NCBI GenBank assembly: GCA_951406725.2
Contig: OX597824.1
Location: 26,908,001 to 26,972,000, forward strand
Direction: 5' to 3'
DNA: 64,000 nt
From: Octopus vulgaris
Lineage: Eukaryota
Positions 1 through 15,145 of this stretch are shown here, one piece after another. The position numbers were made by a program, and so were the translations under genes. Positions within the stretch are counted from its first letter, which is position 1. Each line of letters starts with the position of its first letter. The notes beneath the pieces were generated by a model. The model was given only the letters and a program-made list of their open reading frames with translations, did no database searches and was not told the origin of the DNA.

Positions 1-287
1 CACACACACACTTACTAAACATAGATACATACAACAGGAATACAAAATGCCAGATCATTAGTAAGGAGGGACACACATAAAAGAAAGAAATCAAAGGACC
101 ACTGATGAAGTCACAGAAGTGTGACGAAAGAACTCTCGCCGAAATACAATTAATATAAAATAAAGCTGAAGCAATTGAACGCCAAATATACAGTGCGTGT
201 GATTTTATTGGCTAAACTGGCAACATAACCATCCCCAAATACAATATATAGTAGAAGATACTTGCCCAAGGTGCCACGCAATGGGAC

Positions 288-670
288 TCAACCACACGTT
301 TCCGGGTTCAGTCCCACTGCGTGGCACCTTGGGAAAGTGTCTTCTTCTATAGCCTCGGGCCGACCAAAGTCTTGTGAGTGGATTTGATAGGCGGAAACTG
401 AAAGAAGCCCGCCGTATATATGTATATGTATATGTATATATATGTGTGTGTGTATGTTTGTGTGTCAGTGTTTGTCCCCGCAACATCGCTTGTCAACCGA
501 TGCTGGTGTGTTTACGTCCCTGTAAATTAGCGGTTCGGCAAAAGAGACGGATAGAATAAGTACTAGGCTTACAAAGAATAAGTCCTGGGGTCGATTTGCT
601 CGACTAAAGGCGGTGCTCAAGCATGACCACAGTCAAATGACTGAAACAAGTAAATGAGTAAAAGAGAGAA
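288..670 (+). mobile_element. SINE-A, 5'-truncated, preceded by an inverted piece of itself (251-287)
   Basis: Homology to 38298-38718. Confidence 0.85.
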
Positions 671-672
671 TA

Positions 673-741
<69 letters not shown>

Positions 742-748
<7 letters not shown>

Positions 749-923
749 TTGTATACTGTCAACTTAACCTGACAGTCCTGTAAGGGAATTACCACACCGC
801 TGTTTAGCCCTAGGAAGGATCGACATCGACGCTTCTTGTCGGCCTTGCTTCCTAGGGCTAAACAGCGGTGGTGTAATTCCCTTACGGGACTGTCACGTCA
901 AGTTGACAGTATACAACCACTCT
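742..923. repeat. Foldback element with approx. 75-bp near-perfect inverted arms
   Basis: agagtggttgtatactgtcaactt...gccctaggaag pairs with cttcctagggc...aagttgacagtatacaaccactct around an approx. 30-nt spacer. Confidence 0.85.
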
Positions 924-974
924 ATCGCTCCACCACCGTACATATCTCTATGAGATATTTAGAAATTTAATATT

Positions 975-1037
<63 letters not shown>

Positions 1038-1166
1038 GACAAACATACGTAAACTGGTACAAACACACACAGGCATGTATGCTTCTACAAGTGTGTTTGG
1101 CTGCCCGCGCATACGCGTGTTAGCGCGTGTCCTTGCGCTTATGTTTGCTTCCAATATGAATGAGTA

Positions 1167-1206
<40 letters not shown>

Positions 1207-1263
1207 CACTATATATGATGTGGGAGAATATTTACTGTCTGTGCCTATATGTGCGTGTGTGTA

Positions 1264-1294
<31 letters not shown>

Positions 1295-1692
1295 ATGTGA
1301 CTGTTTTGTCGCTTTTGAACACAAACAAAATGATTGTTAAGACAAGTCACTTGCTTAGCAAAGAAGTATAACTGACCTCCATTTCCGGGTCACTGCTTTA
1401 ATAAGCAAAACACACACACATACACAGACACTGCCTTCACACAAACATATATACAATGCACGAAAACGGACACAGACGCACGCACGCACGCACGGACACA
1501 CAAGAGGGACGTGATGACCGTGTAGATAACATTATTACTACAGGGTGCGCCACTCTATTCCACTTTAATGCTTTGTCTTCTATTTCTTTTCATGTTGCAC
1601 CGATATCTAATTGGATAGATCGATTAAGCTGAACCAACGTTACACACACACGCACACACACACACAAACACACATACACACACACACACACT

Positions 1693-1735
<43 letters not shown>

Positions 1736-1766
1736 AAACACACACACGTGTATATATGTAGGTATG

Positions 1767-1903
<137 letters not shown>

Positions 1904-2026
1904 CACACACACACACACACAGACATATATATATGTTGTGTCAGTACAACCACGGCTAACTAAATGAGGCTGCTAAGTGACTAAATCAGTGTGAATAAGT
2001 GTGAATCTACACACACCATACACACA

Positions 2027-2120
<94 letters not shown>

Positions 2121-2274
2121 CGCAGGCGCAGTTGTGCTTTCCAGTCACACGTTTCCGGGGATCAGCCCGCTGCGTAGTACATTTGTCAAGTGGCTTTTAC
2201 TATAGCCGCGGACCGATCAAAGCTTTGTAAGTGGATTTAGGAGACGGAAACTGAGAGAAGCCCACGCCCCCTAC

Positions 2275-2500
2275 TCAGTTCAGGATCACAACACATGAAT
2301 ACACTGCAACACAATTTCTTTTCCTCAACAGGCTCTCTCCTATTTAATATTATCCCAAAACGGATCAAAGAGGAAAAAATCCCATCACCTTTAAACGGAA
2401 TCTGGACAAATTTCTTTAAGGGATACCAGATAACCCACCTATGCTTGGATATAACTTACTCAACAAGAACACCCGACTCGAATGGGCTATGATACCACAA
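2275..2500 (+). mobile_element. CR1/L2-like LINE ORF2 C-terminal relic
   Basis: NFFSSTGSLLFNIIPKRIK, then a frameshift to TFKRNLDKFL*GIPDNP. Confidence 0.6.
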
Positions 2501-2506
2501 AACTTG

Positions 2507-2877
2507 ACTTTTAGCCCGGGAAAACTTTTTCACCAGCTGGCTACCGACACTTTTAAAGCGACACACAGTCACTAATCTCGTGAAGAGAAAAATTACTAGT
2601 TTTACATCTCTGAGCGAGAAAACAAGCTGTTTTTCTCTCTACATGATCGGCAGCTGTGTTTCTCTTTAAAAGTATATATTGTGAGCAAGAGTGAGTGGCT
2701 GCTATCTTTAGCCTGCGGTTGTACTGTACCGACGAAGGGAAATTATCCAGAATCCATTGGTCTACAGGTATCTCTACCGCTAGAACGGGAGTAGTAGACT
2801 CCCTTGCTCACAGTATACGGACACAAATGGTGTGTTGGTAGCCTGCTGGAAAAGATGTTTTCCTAGGCCTAAAAAGT
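2507..2877. mobile_element. Foldback element with approx. 45-bp inverted arms and an internal degenerate hammerhead
   Basis: Arms 2507-2550 and 2832-2877; ctgta-CCGACGA-a-ggg...cca-GAAt-ccattgg-TC-tacag at 2724-2767. Confidence 0.55.
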
Positions 2878-3012
2878 AGTAACATCGTCCTACGTCTCTT
2901 GAGGTCTCTGGGTGAAACTTAGAGCCAGCTTGTGCAAAGGTAAAGCAAAAGTCAAACATAGAATAATAATAATAATAATGATAACAACAACAACAACAAC
3001 AATAACAATAAC

Positions 3013-3078
<66 letters not shown>

Positions 3079-3080
<2 letters not shown>

Positions 3081-3228
3081 CATCGAAAAATACCTTAGGA
3101 TGAGAACCAAGGTTCGAAATTTCCCCAAGACACTTCATGAAGGCTGGAGGGTATATCAGCCGAAACGTTGTGCTAACAACAAACAAGACGAGGACAAATA
3201 TCTGTCAAATGTAAACAATGTAAATAAA
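3079..3228 (+). mobile_element. (AAT)n-associated short element with a decayed minimal hammerhead
   Basis: gacac-ttcatga-a-ggctg...cagcc-GAAA-cgtt-gtgct; directly follows (AAT)n; second copy at 38165-38297. Confidence 0.6.
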
Positions 3229-3365
3229 GTAATATGGGTGTATAAAGGTTGAATGTGGATTCGTCCTTTAATCTGGAGGTTTTCCAAAAAGATTTCTAAT
3301 GTTGATTCTTCATACTTTGCTGGGTATTTAGAGGCGTAAATTTGCGAAGATATGAAAGTAGTATT

Positions 3366-3413
<48 letters not shown>

Positions 3414-3591
3414 AAGGGCGTCTTTCAGTTAATGTCTTCCCAATCCACTCGCTAGGCTTTGATCGGCCCCAGGCTATACTAGAAGAGAATTGCCCAAGAT
3501 GCAACGTAGTGGAACTGAACCCGGAACCATGTGATTGGGAAGCAAGCTCCTTACCACACAGCCACTCCTGCGCCTATATCTATCTATCTAA

Positions 3592-3672
<81 letters not shown>

Positions 3673-4068
3673 CTTATGTATCATTGCTGCACACATGTGC
3701 ATATAATTATAATATGAAAATTGATTTCTCTAGTTATTTATTTATTTATAATTTTCTTTTTTTATTCTGAAAAGAAAATTATGAGCAAAAAGCTTTTTAA
3801 AAGAGACATTTTTTAGTGAAATTTTCTGAAATAATAAGTGGAATATATGAAGTGGTCTTACACACACACCCACATGCACACATATGCATATACACACACA
3901 CACTCTCAACCTTCTCAAGCATTTACATACATACATCTATATACATACTCACACACACATATACACATATATACATACATATATAAGTTTAGTCGATTAA
4001 GTATAATTATGTGTAAGAATAATATGCATACACACACATAAAGATATATACATCGACGTTTATATATG

Positions 4069-4107
<39 letters not shown>

Positions 4108-5127
4108 TGTGCATATACATCATGTCATTATAGTCGGTCTCATATGCTGTTTACTTTTTTGCATTTTAAGTACTTTCCTTAAACTGTTTTTAATTAGTTT
4201 TTAACTCATCTCAGAAATGCATAAATCTATTTACTTTGACACCATAAAATAGTTCTTACAGTGCCATACGTCATCTGCTCCTCTTCCCACCACCGTCGCC
4301 GCTACTGCCACCACCACCACCACTACTACTTACACCACCGCCGCATGGATAATATTCAGTAGTCAGATTATCGTATTATATATTCACTGATGAAGTGGAT
4401 ATGTTAATCAAATATACGAAGGAAAAAATCGACATGCCTGAGTGGAATATCCTACGAACCGTATTGTAATACACTACACAAGTCTTAATAGATGCCCAGC
4501 GCAACTGACCGTTGCGAGAGCCAAGCAGTGGTGACGCTACTGAGAACTGGCCAAAACGAAGGTGACACGATAGACTATATTATTCTTGACAATTCTTCTA
4601 AATACATAGCTAAAGATTTCGAAAACACTCGCTCTTGCTTTCGTTAGTGTAGTACAAAACGTACAAATATGTTCATTCTACCACAGATACATTAAGACAC
4701 TATCAGACTCATCCCATATGTCATAGGGTAGGTGTGCACTGGATCTGGCTTTGATCGATAGGAATCAGTCAAAAGAGGAGTCAGTCATCACCAAATGGGT
4801 TGTCTGGGGTCCATTTGTTTCACATTCCGCTTCAGAATTTAGAGCAGTGATCCTCAACTGCGGCTTTCTGGGACGCATGCAGACTCCAAGTGTTCTTCCG
4901 GCGGTTCCCAGTGGTCTTCACTCTATAACTATAGTAAATATCTCTTTGATTATTTTGTGTTTTACTTATTTTAGTGCAGCCCCCTAAAAATATCCAGGTT
5001 TGGGGGTATGGTCCCGATAATAAAAATCTTAAGAACGATTGGTTTACATCGTTACTCTCTCTTGGGAAATATATTAAGTTGATGATCTAAACGGTTCCCT
5101 AATTATTAATGGTGTTTTTGATAGTCA

Positions 5128-5938
5128 GGCCTGGCAATATAGTAAAAAATCTTGTTTTCCGACCATGCGGTTTGGGTTTCAGTCCCATTGTGCAAAACTT
5201 CGGGCAAGTAGTTTCTTATTTCTTTATTGCCCACAAGGGGCTAAACATAGAGGGGACAAACAAGGACAGACAAAGGGATTAAGTCGATTACATCTACCCC
5301 TGTGCGTAACTGGTACTTAATTTATCGACCCCGAAAGGATGAAAGGCAAAGTCGACCTCGGCGAAATTTGAACTCAGAACGTAACGGCAGACGAAATACC
5401 TATTTCTTTACTACCCACAACGGGCTAAACACAGAGGGGACAATCAAGGACAGACAAACGGATTAAGTCGATTATATTGACCCAAGTGTGTAACTGGTAC
5501 TTAATTTATCGTCGCCGAAAGGATGAATGACAAAGTCGACCTCGGCGGAATTTGGACTCAGAACGTAACGGCAGACACAATTCCTATTTCTTTACTACCC
5601 ACAAGGGGCTAAACACAGAGAGGACGATCAAGGACAGACAAACGGATTAAGTCGATTATATTGACCCAAGTGTGTAACTGGTACTTAATTTATCAACCTC
5701 GAAAGGATGTATGGCAAAGTCGACCTCGGCGGAATTTGAACTCAGAACGTAGCGGCAGACGAAAAACCGCTAAGCATTTCGCCCGACGTGCTAACGATTC
5801 TGCCAGCTTCTCGCCTTCGGGCACGTAGTTTCTGCTGCAGCCCCGGGACGACTAATGACTTGTGAGTATATTTGGTAGACAGAAACTGAATGAAGCCCAT
5901 CGTATATATACATACACCCACACATTTCTATATATACA

Positions 5939-5973
<35 letters not shown>

Positions 5974-6220
5974 CTGTGCTTGTGCTTGTCGCACACCACC
6001 GCTTGACAACCATAGTTGGCTCGTTTACGTTTCCTTAACATAGCGGTTCGGCAAAAGAAAACGATAAAATAATATACCAGAATTCAAGAAAGCAAAACAA
6101 AACAAAACAAAAACAAGACAAAAAACAATTAGATCTGGGGTCGGGGTCGATTTGGTTGACCAAACCCTTCGAGGCGATGCCCCAGCATGGCCAGCGTCCA
6201 TTGACTGACGCTTATAAAAG
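5128..6220 (+). mobile_element. Diverged SINE-A interrupted by a SINE-B trimer
   Basis: Head 5128-5216; body resumes at 5815. Confidence 0.7.
5217..5817 (-). mobile_element. SINE-B (tRNA-derived): one full copy plus two head-truncated tandem copies
   Basis: 184-bp period (units start at 5217, 5401, 5585). Minus-strand head ...gctggcagaatcgttag...gagttcaaattccgcc. Flanked by near-direct repeat cttcgggca(a/c)gtagtttct (5198-5216, 5815-5833). Confidence 0.85.
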
Positions 6221-6737
6221 ACAGGAAATCATACACATTGCAATCCAACCGATTGTACTTTTGTTTTTACTTTAATTTCACTCTCCAAACATCATGGGCC
6301 CACGTCGCCAATAAAAAAAAAAAAAAAAAAAAAAAAATCTCATTATAATTACCATTCATATAATTTCCTTCAATATTTTCATCTGATGACAGGCGGAGGT
6401 GGGGCTGCGGACTGAGACAGCAACGGAGGAAAAAACCGAACTAAATTTATGTTATTTCACGCAGCCGAGTTCATATTTAACCATTCCTTCTTTTATCCTA
6501 TTTTTTTTTTATTGATGACACATTCCTTCCCCCACCACGTCTCATCTAAGCGTCGTCGAGTTAAGGAGTTTCAATAAGAAATAATATTTACTTCCATCAT
6601 AATTTCTCGCAGCGCGGCAAGAAGTATGCGATTGTTATCATCATTGCTTTTAGGCGTAAATATATATATGATGGCGATGATGAACACTATCAGTCATTAT
6701 CAGCGGCGTCCTTCGCCAACTTCTTTTTACTTTTTTT

Positions 6738-6798
6738 CATCATCATCATCATCATCATCATCACCACCACCACCAATACCACCACCACCACCACCATC

Positions 6799-6836
<38 letters not shown>

Positions 6837-7005
6837 TATCATCATCAACACCACCACCACCATCATCATAGTCATCATCATCATCATCCTCGCTATCACC
6901 TCCGAACACCACCGTCAGCACCATGACCACCCATCATCACCACCATCACCACCTCTATCACATCCCCACCACCATCACCACCACCACCACCACCACCACC
7001 ATCGC

Positions 7006-7061
<56 letters not shown>

Positions 7062-7228
7062 CCATCGTCATCAACACCACCACCACCATCATCATCCTCA
7101 TCATCATCCTCTCCATCACCTCCGAACACCACCGTCAGCACCATGACCACCTATCATCACCACCATCACCACCTCCATCACATCCCCACCACTACCACCA
7201 CCACCACCACCACCACCACCACCATCGC

Positions 7229-7289
<61 letters not shown>

Positions 7290-7390
7290 TTCTTCTTCTT
7301 CTTAGACGATGCTGCTGCTGTTGTTAAAGATACTGTTAATGTAATATTGAGAATATTAATAATCGTTATTATCATTATTATTAATCATTA

Positions 7391-7466
<76 letters not shown>

Positions 7467-7530
7467 CATTATTATTATTACTGTTGTTGTTGTTGTTATT
7501 GTTATTATGATTATTATTATCATCACCATT
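6738..7530. repeat. Compound (CAT)/(CAC)/(ATT) microsatellite with a 220-bp tandem duplication
   Basis: atcacctccgaacaccaccgtcagcaccatgaccacc repeated at about 6895 and 7115. Confidence 0.85.
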
Positions 7531-9424
7531 CTTATTCTTATTGACTGCCATTTTGGCAATTATCCCAGGAATTCTACGATTGATAATTGGTCAGAAATTG
7601 GTCTTATATTTCAAGAATATGAATATATCGTTTATGTTTAATTACTGGAAGTTGGTATGGCAGAAATGGTTGTTGTCAAAGAGTGTTGAAGAAAAAGCCA
7701 AAGAAAAAAAAATACAAATGATAATAGCAGCAAGAAGAACAACAGAAAAACAAAGAAAAACAATAAAATTTCTGAAGAAATTAACGTTTTTATGTATATT
7801 TCACGTATTATTGTACTTTCATTTTCCCCCTTTAATACGATACGATATAATTTTCTCATATCGCTCCAATGCTTCTAAGAGACATATTCTTCAATTAGCG
7901 ATCGTTTCCCTACAATTAAACATCTAGGATGTTTTGCTATTTTTGTAGAAGTAGTAGTAGTAGCTGTTGTTGTACTAATAGTAATAGTGGATCAGGAGTT
8001 GATGATGATGATGATGATGATGACGATGTTGAAGATGATGATGGTGCTGATGATGATGTTGATGATGATGAAGATGACGGCGAGGAGGAAGGTGGGTTTA
8101 TAATTTTACGGAGGCGTAATAATAGCAATTTTAGTGTGGATTTTTTTTTTACTTCAGCAAAGAGTGACTGTATGCATACTAGTTTTCATTTTATATTTCT
8201 GTTTTTTTTTCTTATTTATAATTTTTGAGAGTTTGGAGTTCCGAGTTCGATCAGCAGTAGTTCGGACCTTTTGTAAAAGTGGGAAATGTATGAATCTTTT
8301 TTACACGATGGAATTGCGATAGTTAGTATAGACCAGAGATGAGTTTATAAACTAGACACATACAATAGACAAAGTACAAAGACTCTTGAAACAGCTGAGT
8401 CGAGGCGGAGTAAGTTCAATTTCCGGGATGAACTTGTCGGCTGGCAGCATGAAAAAAAGTAAGGTATACAAAGTATCCTGCCAGAGCAGAAAACTGGGAA
8501 GTTTAATATATGAAATGGGGAATTGAATTCATGCTTGAATGGGTAAGATGTCTGCTTCATGACCTCGAGATCTCACATTTGATCTCAGTGCATAGCAACA
8601 TTTTGAAGTATCTTTTAGTATAACCACACGTGAACGGCAGTTCTGCGAGTAAAGTTGGATAGACGGAAATTGCAGAAAACGGTCAGATGGCTTGCATCTA
8701 TAAACCAGAGTACCAGTTCCTTACAAGCTACGTCACGTTGATTTCGTCTCAGGAATACTCTATCACATACATTTGTGTTATTCTTGATCCCCAACTTAAC
8801 ACGGCAGTTGTGTTAGAACATAGAATACTGCGTTACTTACCTTGAGATGATCTCACATAAAGACGTGTGGTACATAAAAGTACTTAATATTATATCGCTG
8901 ACAGACTAGAATTGGTACTGTCAGATCACGTGATTTCAGCCTGCTATAGATTCCTCAGTGACAGCTGCCCAGCAGCGACATAACAGCCGAAGGCCCCGAG
9001 ATTTTTCAGTAGAGTCTTCAGAGATCGAACAGCTAGCATGCTCATAATATTTCCTACCTCAGGCACAAGACTTGACATATTTGGTGGGGGGTGAGGGGGC
9101 ATCGACCCAAGTACCCTTCTGGTATTCCGACCTCGTCTGAATTTGAACTCAGAACGTTAAGACGGACCAAGTGCTGCTAAGCATTTTGCTAGGCGTCATA
9201 ACAATTATGCTAGCCTACCGTCTCGCCGCTTTTTTTAATAATAACAGCGATATTGCTAAAAAAAACAAAAATAAAAACTACAATAACAATCAACACATCG
9301 ACTTTAAAAAAATAAAACAATACATGAATTTTGACTCATTCAGTAACATAAAACTTTGAACCAAACGAAATATATTTAAGAATGTAGTGATGATGATGGT
9401 GAAAATGATGATGATGATGATGAT

Positions 9425-9455
<31 letters not shown>

Positions 9456-9715
9456 AACGTGAAGGTGATGAGGAGGAGAAGGTTAGGGAGCGGAGAGAAG
9501 AACAGTGACGACGACGAAGATGATGAAGTACACAACATAATGAAAATATTTACAATAAAAAGAAAAAAACAATGAGACCAACACAATGTAATAAATACTA
9601 CAACTACTAGCAACAACAACAATACTTATGTTTGTTGTTATATATATATAACATACGGGGGGTCAGCCATCTGAATGTGGCTGGCAAGGACACCGAGATT
9701 TATTATTGTTATATA

Positions 9716-10120
9716 CTCTTTTACTCTTTTACTCTTTTACTTGTTTCAGTCATTTGACTGCGGCCATGCTGGAGCACCGACTTTTTAGTCGAGCAAATCG
9801 ACCCCGGGACTTATTCTTTGTAAGCCCAGTACTTATTCTATCGGTCTCTTTTGCCGAACCGCTAAGTGACGGGGACGTAAACACACCAGCATCGGTTGTC
9901 AAGCAATGCTACGGGGACAAACACACACACACACATACACATATATACATATATATACATATATACGACAGGCTTCTTTCAGTTTCCGTCTACCAAATCC
10001 ACTCACAAGGCATTGGTCGGCCCGGGGCTATAGCAGAAGACACTTGCCCAAGATGCCACGCAGTGGGACTGAACCCGGAACCATGTGGTTGGTTAGCAAG
10101 CTACTTACCACACAGCCACA
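9716..10120 (-). mobile_element. SINE-A
   Basis: Near-identical reverse complement of 38298-38718. Confidence 0.9.
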
Positions 10121-10505
10121 TATATATATATATATATATTATTGAGCTCGAAAGAATGAAAGGCAAAGTCGACCTCGGTGGAATTTGAACTGAGAACGTA
10201 AATCTGGGCGAAATATCGCTAACCATTTTGCCCTATGTGCTAGCGATTCTGCCAGCTCGCCACCTTATATAATTATATTAATAATATGTTTCAAATTTTG
10301 CTAAAAGGGCAGTGGATTACTTCGACCCCAGTTCTCCAAAGGTACTTATTTTATCGATCTTGAAGTGGACGAAAGGCAAAGAAGACCTCGGCGACATTAG
10401 AACTCAGAACGTGATGATGGATGAAATGTTGCTGATAATAAGAATTGTAAGAAGCGAATGGATATCTGTAAAAGAACTCTGTCATAAAATATTTTTAAAA
10501 TTAGC

Positions 10506-10886
10506 TTACTCTTTTACTCTTTTACTGGAGCACCGCCTTCATCGAGCAAATCGAGCAAATCGACGCCAGGACTTATTCTTTGTAAGCCTAGTACTTATTC
10601 TATCAGTTTCTTTTGCCGAACCTCTAATGTTACACGGACGTTAACACATCAGCATCGGTTGTCAAACGATGTTGGGGTGGACGAACACAGACACACAGAC
10701 ATATACACACATACATATATATATATAAATACATATATACGACAGGCTTCTTTCAGATTCCGTCTACTAAATCCACTCACAAGGCCTTGGTCGGCCCGAG
10801 GCTATAGTAGAAGACACTTGCCTAAGGTGCCATGCATTGGGACTGAACCCAGAACCATGTGGTTGGTAAGCAAGCTACTTACCACA
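10506..10886 (-). mobile_element. SINE-A
   Basis: Homology to the reference copy. Confidence 0.85.
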
Positions 10887-13462
10887 AGAAAAGATTATTT
10901 ATGTTGCTTCAGTCTTATTAGTTGTGGGCTTTCCATTGTTTAAGCGCATACTCCACCAGATGAGGTAGTGGAAAGTTTTGTGTTTAGACATATTCAACCG
11001 TTTATGGTATGGGTGTGAAACAGGCATTTGCATAGTGTACAAGCTTTGCGAGCTTGTTACTTAAGGAGTTATAAGAGTGTTACAAATCTCACAGGTGCTG
11101 GCTTCTGTGTCAATATCGTAAAGAAAGGCGCCAGGAAATCATTTCCAAAAAAAAAGAAAGAAAAAATATTGATAAAATAAATAAACGAAACTTTAAAGCA
11201 ATGAAGAAATAAATATATACAAACATAGAATCAGTGTGATGTTTGTATGCAGATATTTAACACGCTCATTTGTAAATTTAAGAAAGAAAAAGAGAATGAT
11301 GGGGGGAAACATTAATTCGTGTATAAAAAATATACAGTACAAATAATAGCAGTAATAACATCAAAAAGAACATTCCAGTTATGGTAAATATCGTGAGTCT
11401 AAATGCGACATTCTACCAGTCAATCTAATCAAAACGAGAAGAAATGGGTAATGTATGTCACAAAGGCAGTGCGTCTTTGCCCGACGAATTTATCTAATAG
11501 GAGAATGATTACATAGTTCTGTATCTAATAAAAAACAGAGAGAACTTGTAACAGATGGTGCTAGCTCTGGCTGATGCGTGCTGCATCGACCTAGACAGAG
11601 CCTATGAGGATAGATATGGGATTATTGTGATTGCGGTCGAAGTGAACAGACAGACAGAGCTACGGCCCTAGACATCAGTCCTCACTCTGGTGCAGATGTA
11701 CAGGGATTGCAGGGATACTAAGAACATGACTGAAAACATTGATAGTCACGGCATTGGGCTTGGTATTTCGTGACTTTTGCGCAACTGTATGGATACTTGG
11801 CGGGTAAGAATGAAACTTAGTGCAGCATGCTTTAGGATACAATCTGAACACCTGGTGGTAAGAGTGTCCTTGAATATGTGAGCTTCATGAGTGATTGTAG
11901 TTGGCGGTATTAGGTCAGCATCATCCGTATATACACATAGAATTCTATACTCTGCTACACAATGCGCACAGACATTCATAGCTTCATCTCACTTTACTCC
12001 ACCGCAAATTTTCCACTCCCATTCGACATTATGTAAACCTCTACACAAATTATAATCTATCTTTTAAATGCACCCACTCACTTATCTGACAGAAATCATC
12101 ATTATCATCACTATGGGTATCATTTTCATCATCACCATCAGTATCATCCTTGTCGTTTGCATTATCATTATCATCATCATTATCATCTACACCATCATCA
12201 TCATCATCATTATCATCATCATCGTCATCATCGTCATCGCCATCGTCAGTCTCTTCTTCCTCGTCCTTTTACTCCCTCTTCTCTTCATCTTCCTCGTCTT
12301 CTTCCTCCCCCGTCTCGTCATCACCGTCATTGTCATCGCCCTCCCCCTCCTCCTTCTTTTATCACCGTGTCACAGATATGCTGATCGTTTACATCAAATC
12401 TACGCAAGTATTCAACGTCTCTTTCTCCTCTCTCTCTCTCTCTCTCTCCACACACGCACATATAATTGTAAATTTCTCCTGTGAATGCTGGAATTCGTAT
12501 TGCTATATCGTTTAAAAGTATTCGCTCAGAAGCACTGCTCTCTTTACGTGAGATAGGGAGATCTCTCAGTGTATCATACTGAAATTTACAAAAACACAGC
12601 TATTTTTCAAGTATCGTCTGCAAGCGAGCGGTCAAAAAAAATTCGCTAATAACGATGTCATCGGGGCTGACGTTTGACGCAGTAGGAATGATACGATGCA
12701 GCCATTACAAATATGGCGGCGGTGATGCTCAACCTGTCGTCTGCCTTGATAAATTCGCTTGTCAAAGTAAAAAGAAACTTCTCCCGAAGGTCTTTTTTTT
12801 TCGAGAAAATTTACAAAAAATATATGTACGTGTCATATTAACTCTGTCAACACCGGTAATGTCATGATGCAGCTTAGCAATGAAAGAAAACAGGAACAGG
12901 GAAAAGAACCATAAGAAGATGGAGAAAAATAACAGTAGCATTAAAAATTCAAAGAAATGTGGCAAGAAGAAGAGAAAATAACACAATATTCTGAGAAAAA
13001 AAAAACCCCATTGAAATGGAAGGTGGAAAATAAAATAATAATGATGTCAACAGCGACAGGTCCAACAAGAAAGATGTTGAGAATGTCACCGGAAAGTTGA
13101 ACGAAAAAGTGTCATAAATATCAACAACAGGAAAACAAATCAACAACGACCTCAAAAATAGGGAAAACAGTAACAAGCCTAAAGAAGAAAACATCGTCAC
13201 TAATAACTACAGCAGTAACAACAATACAGAAAACATTTGTGACAATAACAACAACTTACATCTATTCACGTTCATCACAGGTGTTTGGTTTCCCACCACC
13301 ACCACCACAAAGCACTGTAAATCAATGATAAATGAATAATTGAACTTATAGTTAAAATAGGTTTCGTTCCGCGACCCCAAGTTGTACTAAGTATTATGGA
13401 TGGCCGCGGGCGCGCTATTTTCCGGTCCTAGTGGTTTCTTCGACTGATCTCTTTTATCATAG

Positions 13463-13745
13463 ACTAGCAGTATCGCCCGGCGTTGCTCGGGTTTGCTTCG
13501 ACCCTTTAGAATTGGAATTTTTGAAAAGTAAAAATTTTGCATTCTGTAGCTTTAAGTGAACATTTTTCTGGTTGAAATACACCGAAAAATGGCGACACAG
13601 CAGTAAAAAAATCGTAAAAAATAGGGATTTTCATAGAAATAAAAGCACCTTTTTGATGTAATTAATTTTTAGTGTTAACTTGGTCCAATTTGAATTTTTT
13701 CTTCTACGAAAGGAAGAGCAAGCCTTCTTCTATCATACTCTCAAT
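13463..13745 (+). mobile_element. Helitron/Helentron-like non-autonomous fragment
   Basis: Starts actagcagtatcgcccggcgttgctcggg (terminal ACTAG plus GC-rich hairpin); interrupts a diverged approx. 200-bp repeat. Confidence 0.5.
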
Positions 13746-14897
13746 GAGCCTACCGTATTATCTAGATAAGTGATAAATCAATAATTGACCACATAGGAAA
13801 AATAAGTCTCATCCCGAGACCCCACGTTGCACCTTTGTGGATGATCACTGGGACGCTATTTTACAGTCCTCGTAGAATCTTTGATTGATTTTCGACCCCT
13901 ATTATCATAGACCAATTTGTGATAAGCGCAACACATTTCACAATGAGCGTACCGTGTTACCTAGATCAATGCTGAATTAACCAGTGGTAATCGAGGATAG
14001 ATGAGAAATACAGCAATATTTTCCAAAGGTAGTAATTCCTAGACTGTACACTCGCCTTTCTTTAGAAACAAATAAATGGGTGTAGAGAATAACCGAATAA
14101 GCAATCACTGGCGAGCGAGAGCGACTTTAAAACTTAAGCACTTATATGGAACTGATATTGGGTCCTCATTTTTGTCCCAGGAGCATATCCAGGATGTGAA
14201 AACTGAAGAGAAAGTGAGATGCGTCAGGACACGGTGGGTCGTCCTTTGCAGCCGAGTAGACTAAAGCAACATTGTCTATTTAAAATACATATTTTGAGAT
14301 ATATTAGTACTGAGTCTTGACCTCAATAATTGTACGTCATTGTTGCTTATGATCTCAGTAGTTTACAGCGAAAACTTTTAAGTAACTATTCTCAGTCCTT
14401 CGGCACATCATATACTTGCAACTTGTACAGCCACCATAGGAAGACAGGATAATTTAAAATGGGTAGTTTTTAATTTGTAAAATGATTGGGTAGAAGTGAT
14501 CGGATGATTGGAAATGATTTAACCCTTTCGAAACCAACCCACCCCTAGGCACCCTAAAATTATTTTGGTTAAGGTTACTGAACCACCCGTAGCCGTCCCA
14601 AATGAAATATTCATTTCTAAATTAGAATTTCAGCGGAAATCTCGTTAGTGGACTCGTGAAAACTCACGCTTTCAAAAGTAGGTTTAGAGTTATCACTTAG
14701 GCACTTTAAAATTCTTCTAAAATATTTTATTACATTTAAGTTTCTATCTTACAAACTGAAAACGGAGTTTGATAAAATTAACTAAATTAGCAAAGAATAA
14801 TGGTTTCGTTTTATGTTTTTTATAAATAAGATCTAAACTGTTAATATATGAATGCGAAAGAGAGTTGAATAACTGTAAACCTACTTTGGGGCTACCT

Positions 14898-14979
<82 letters not shown>

Positions 14980-15100
14980 TATACAATTCACTTACGCTGT
15001 CGGACACTATTCTACGTGACGAGATTATTTCTCGTTCTCTCTAAAGCTTATAAAATTCTTATGACTTCAATTTGTATATATATATATATATATCTATATC

Positions 15101-15133
<33 letters not shown>

Positions 15134-15145
15134 ATACACGACGTT

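Noticed and set aside
6383-6430. CTGATGA words here and at about 4387, 51377 and 57175
   Set aside because: No properly placed stem II plus GAAA plus NUH with a closing stem I.
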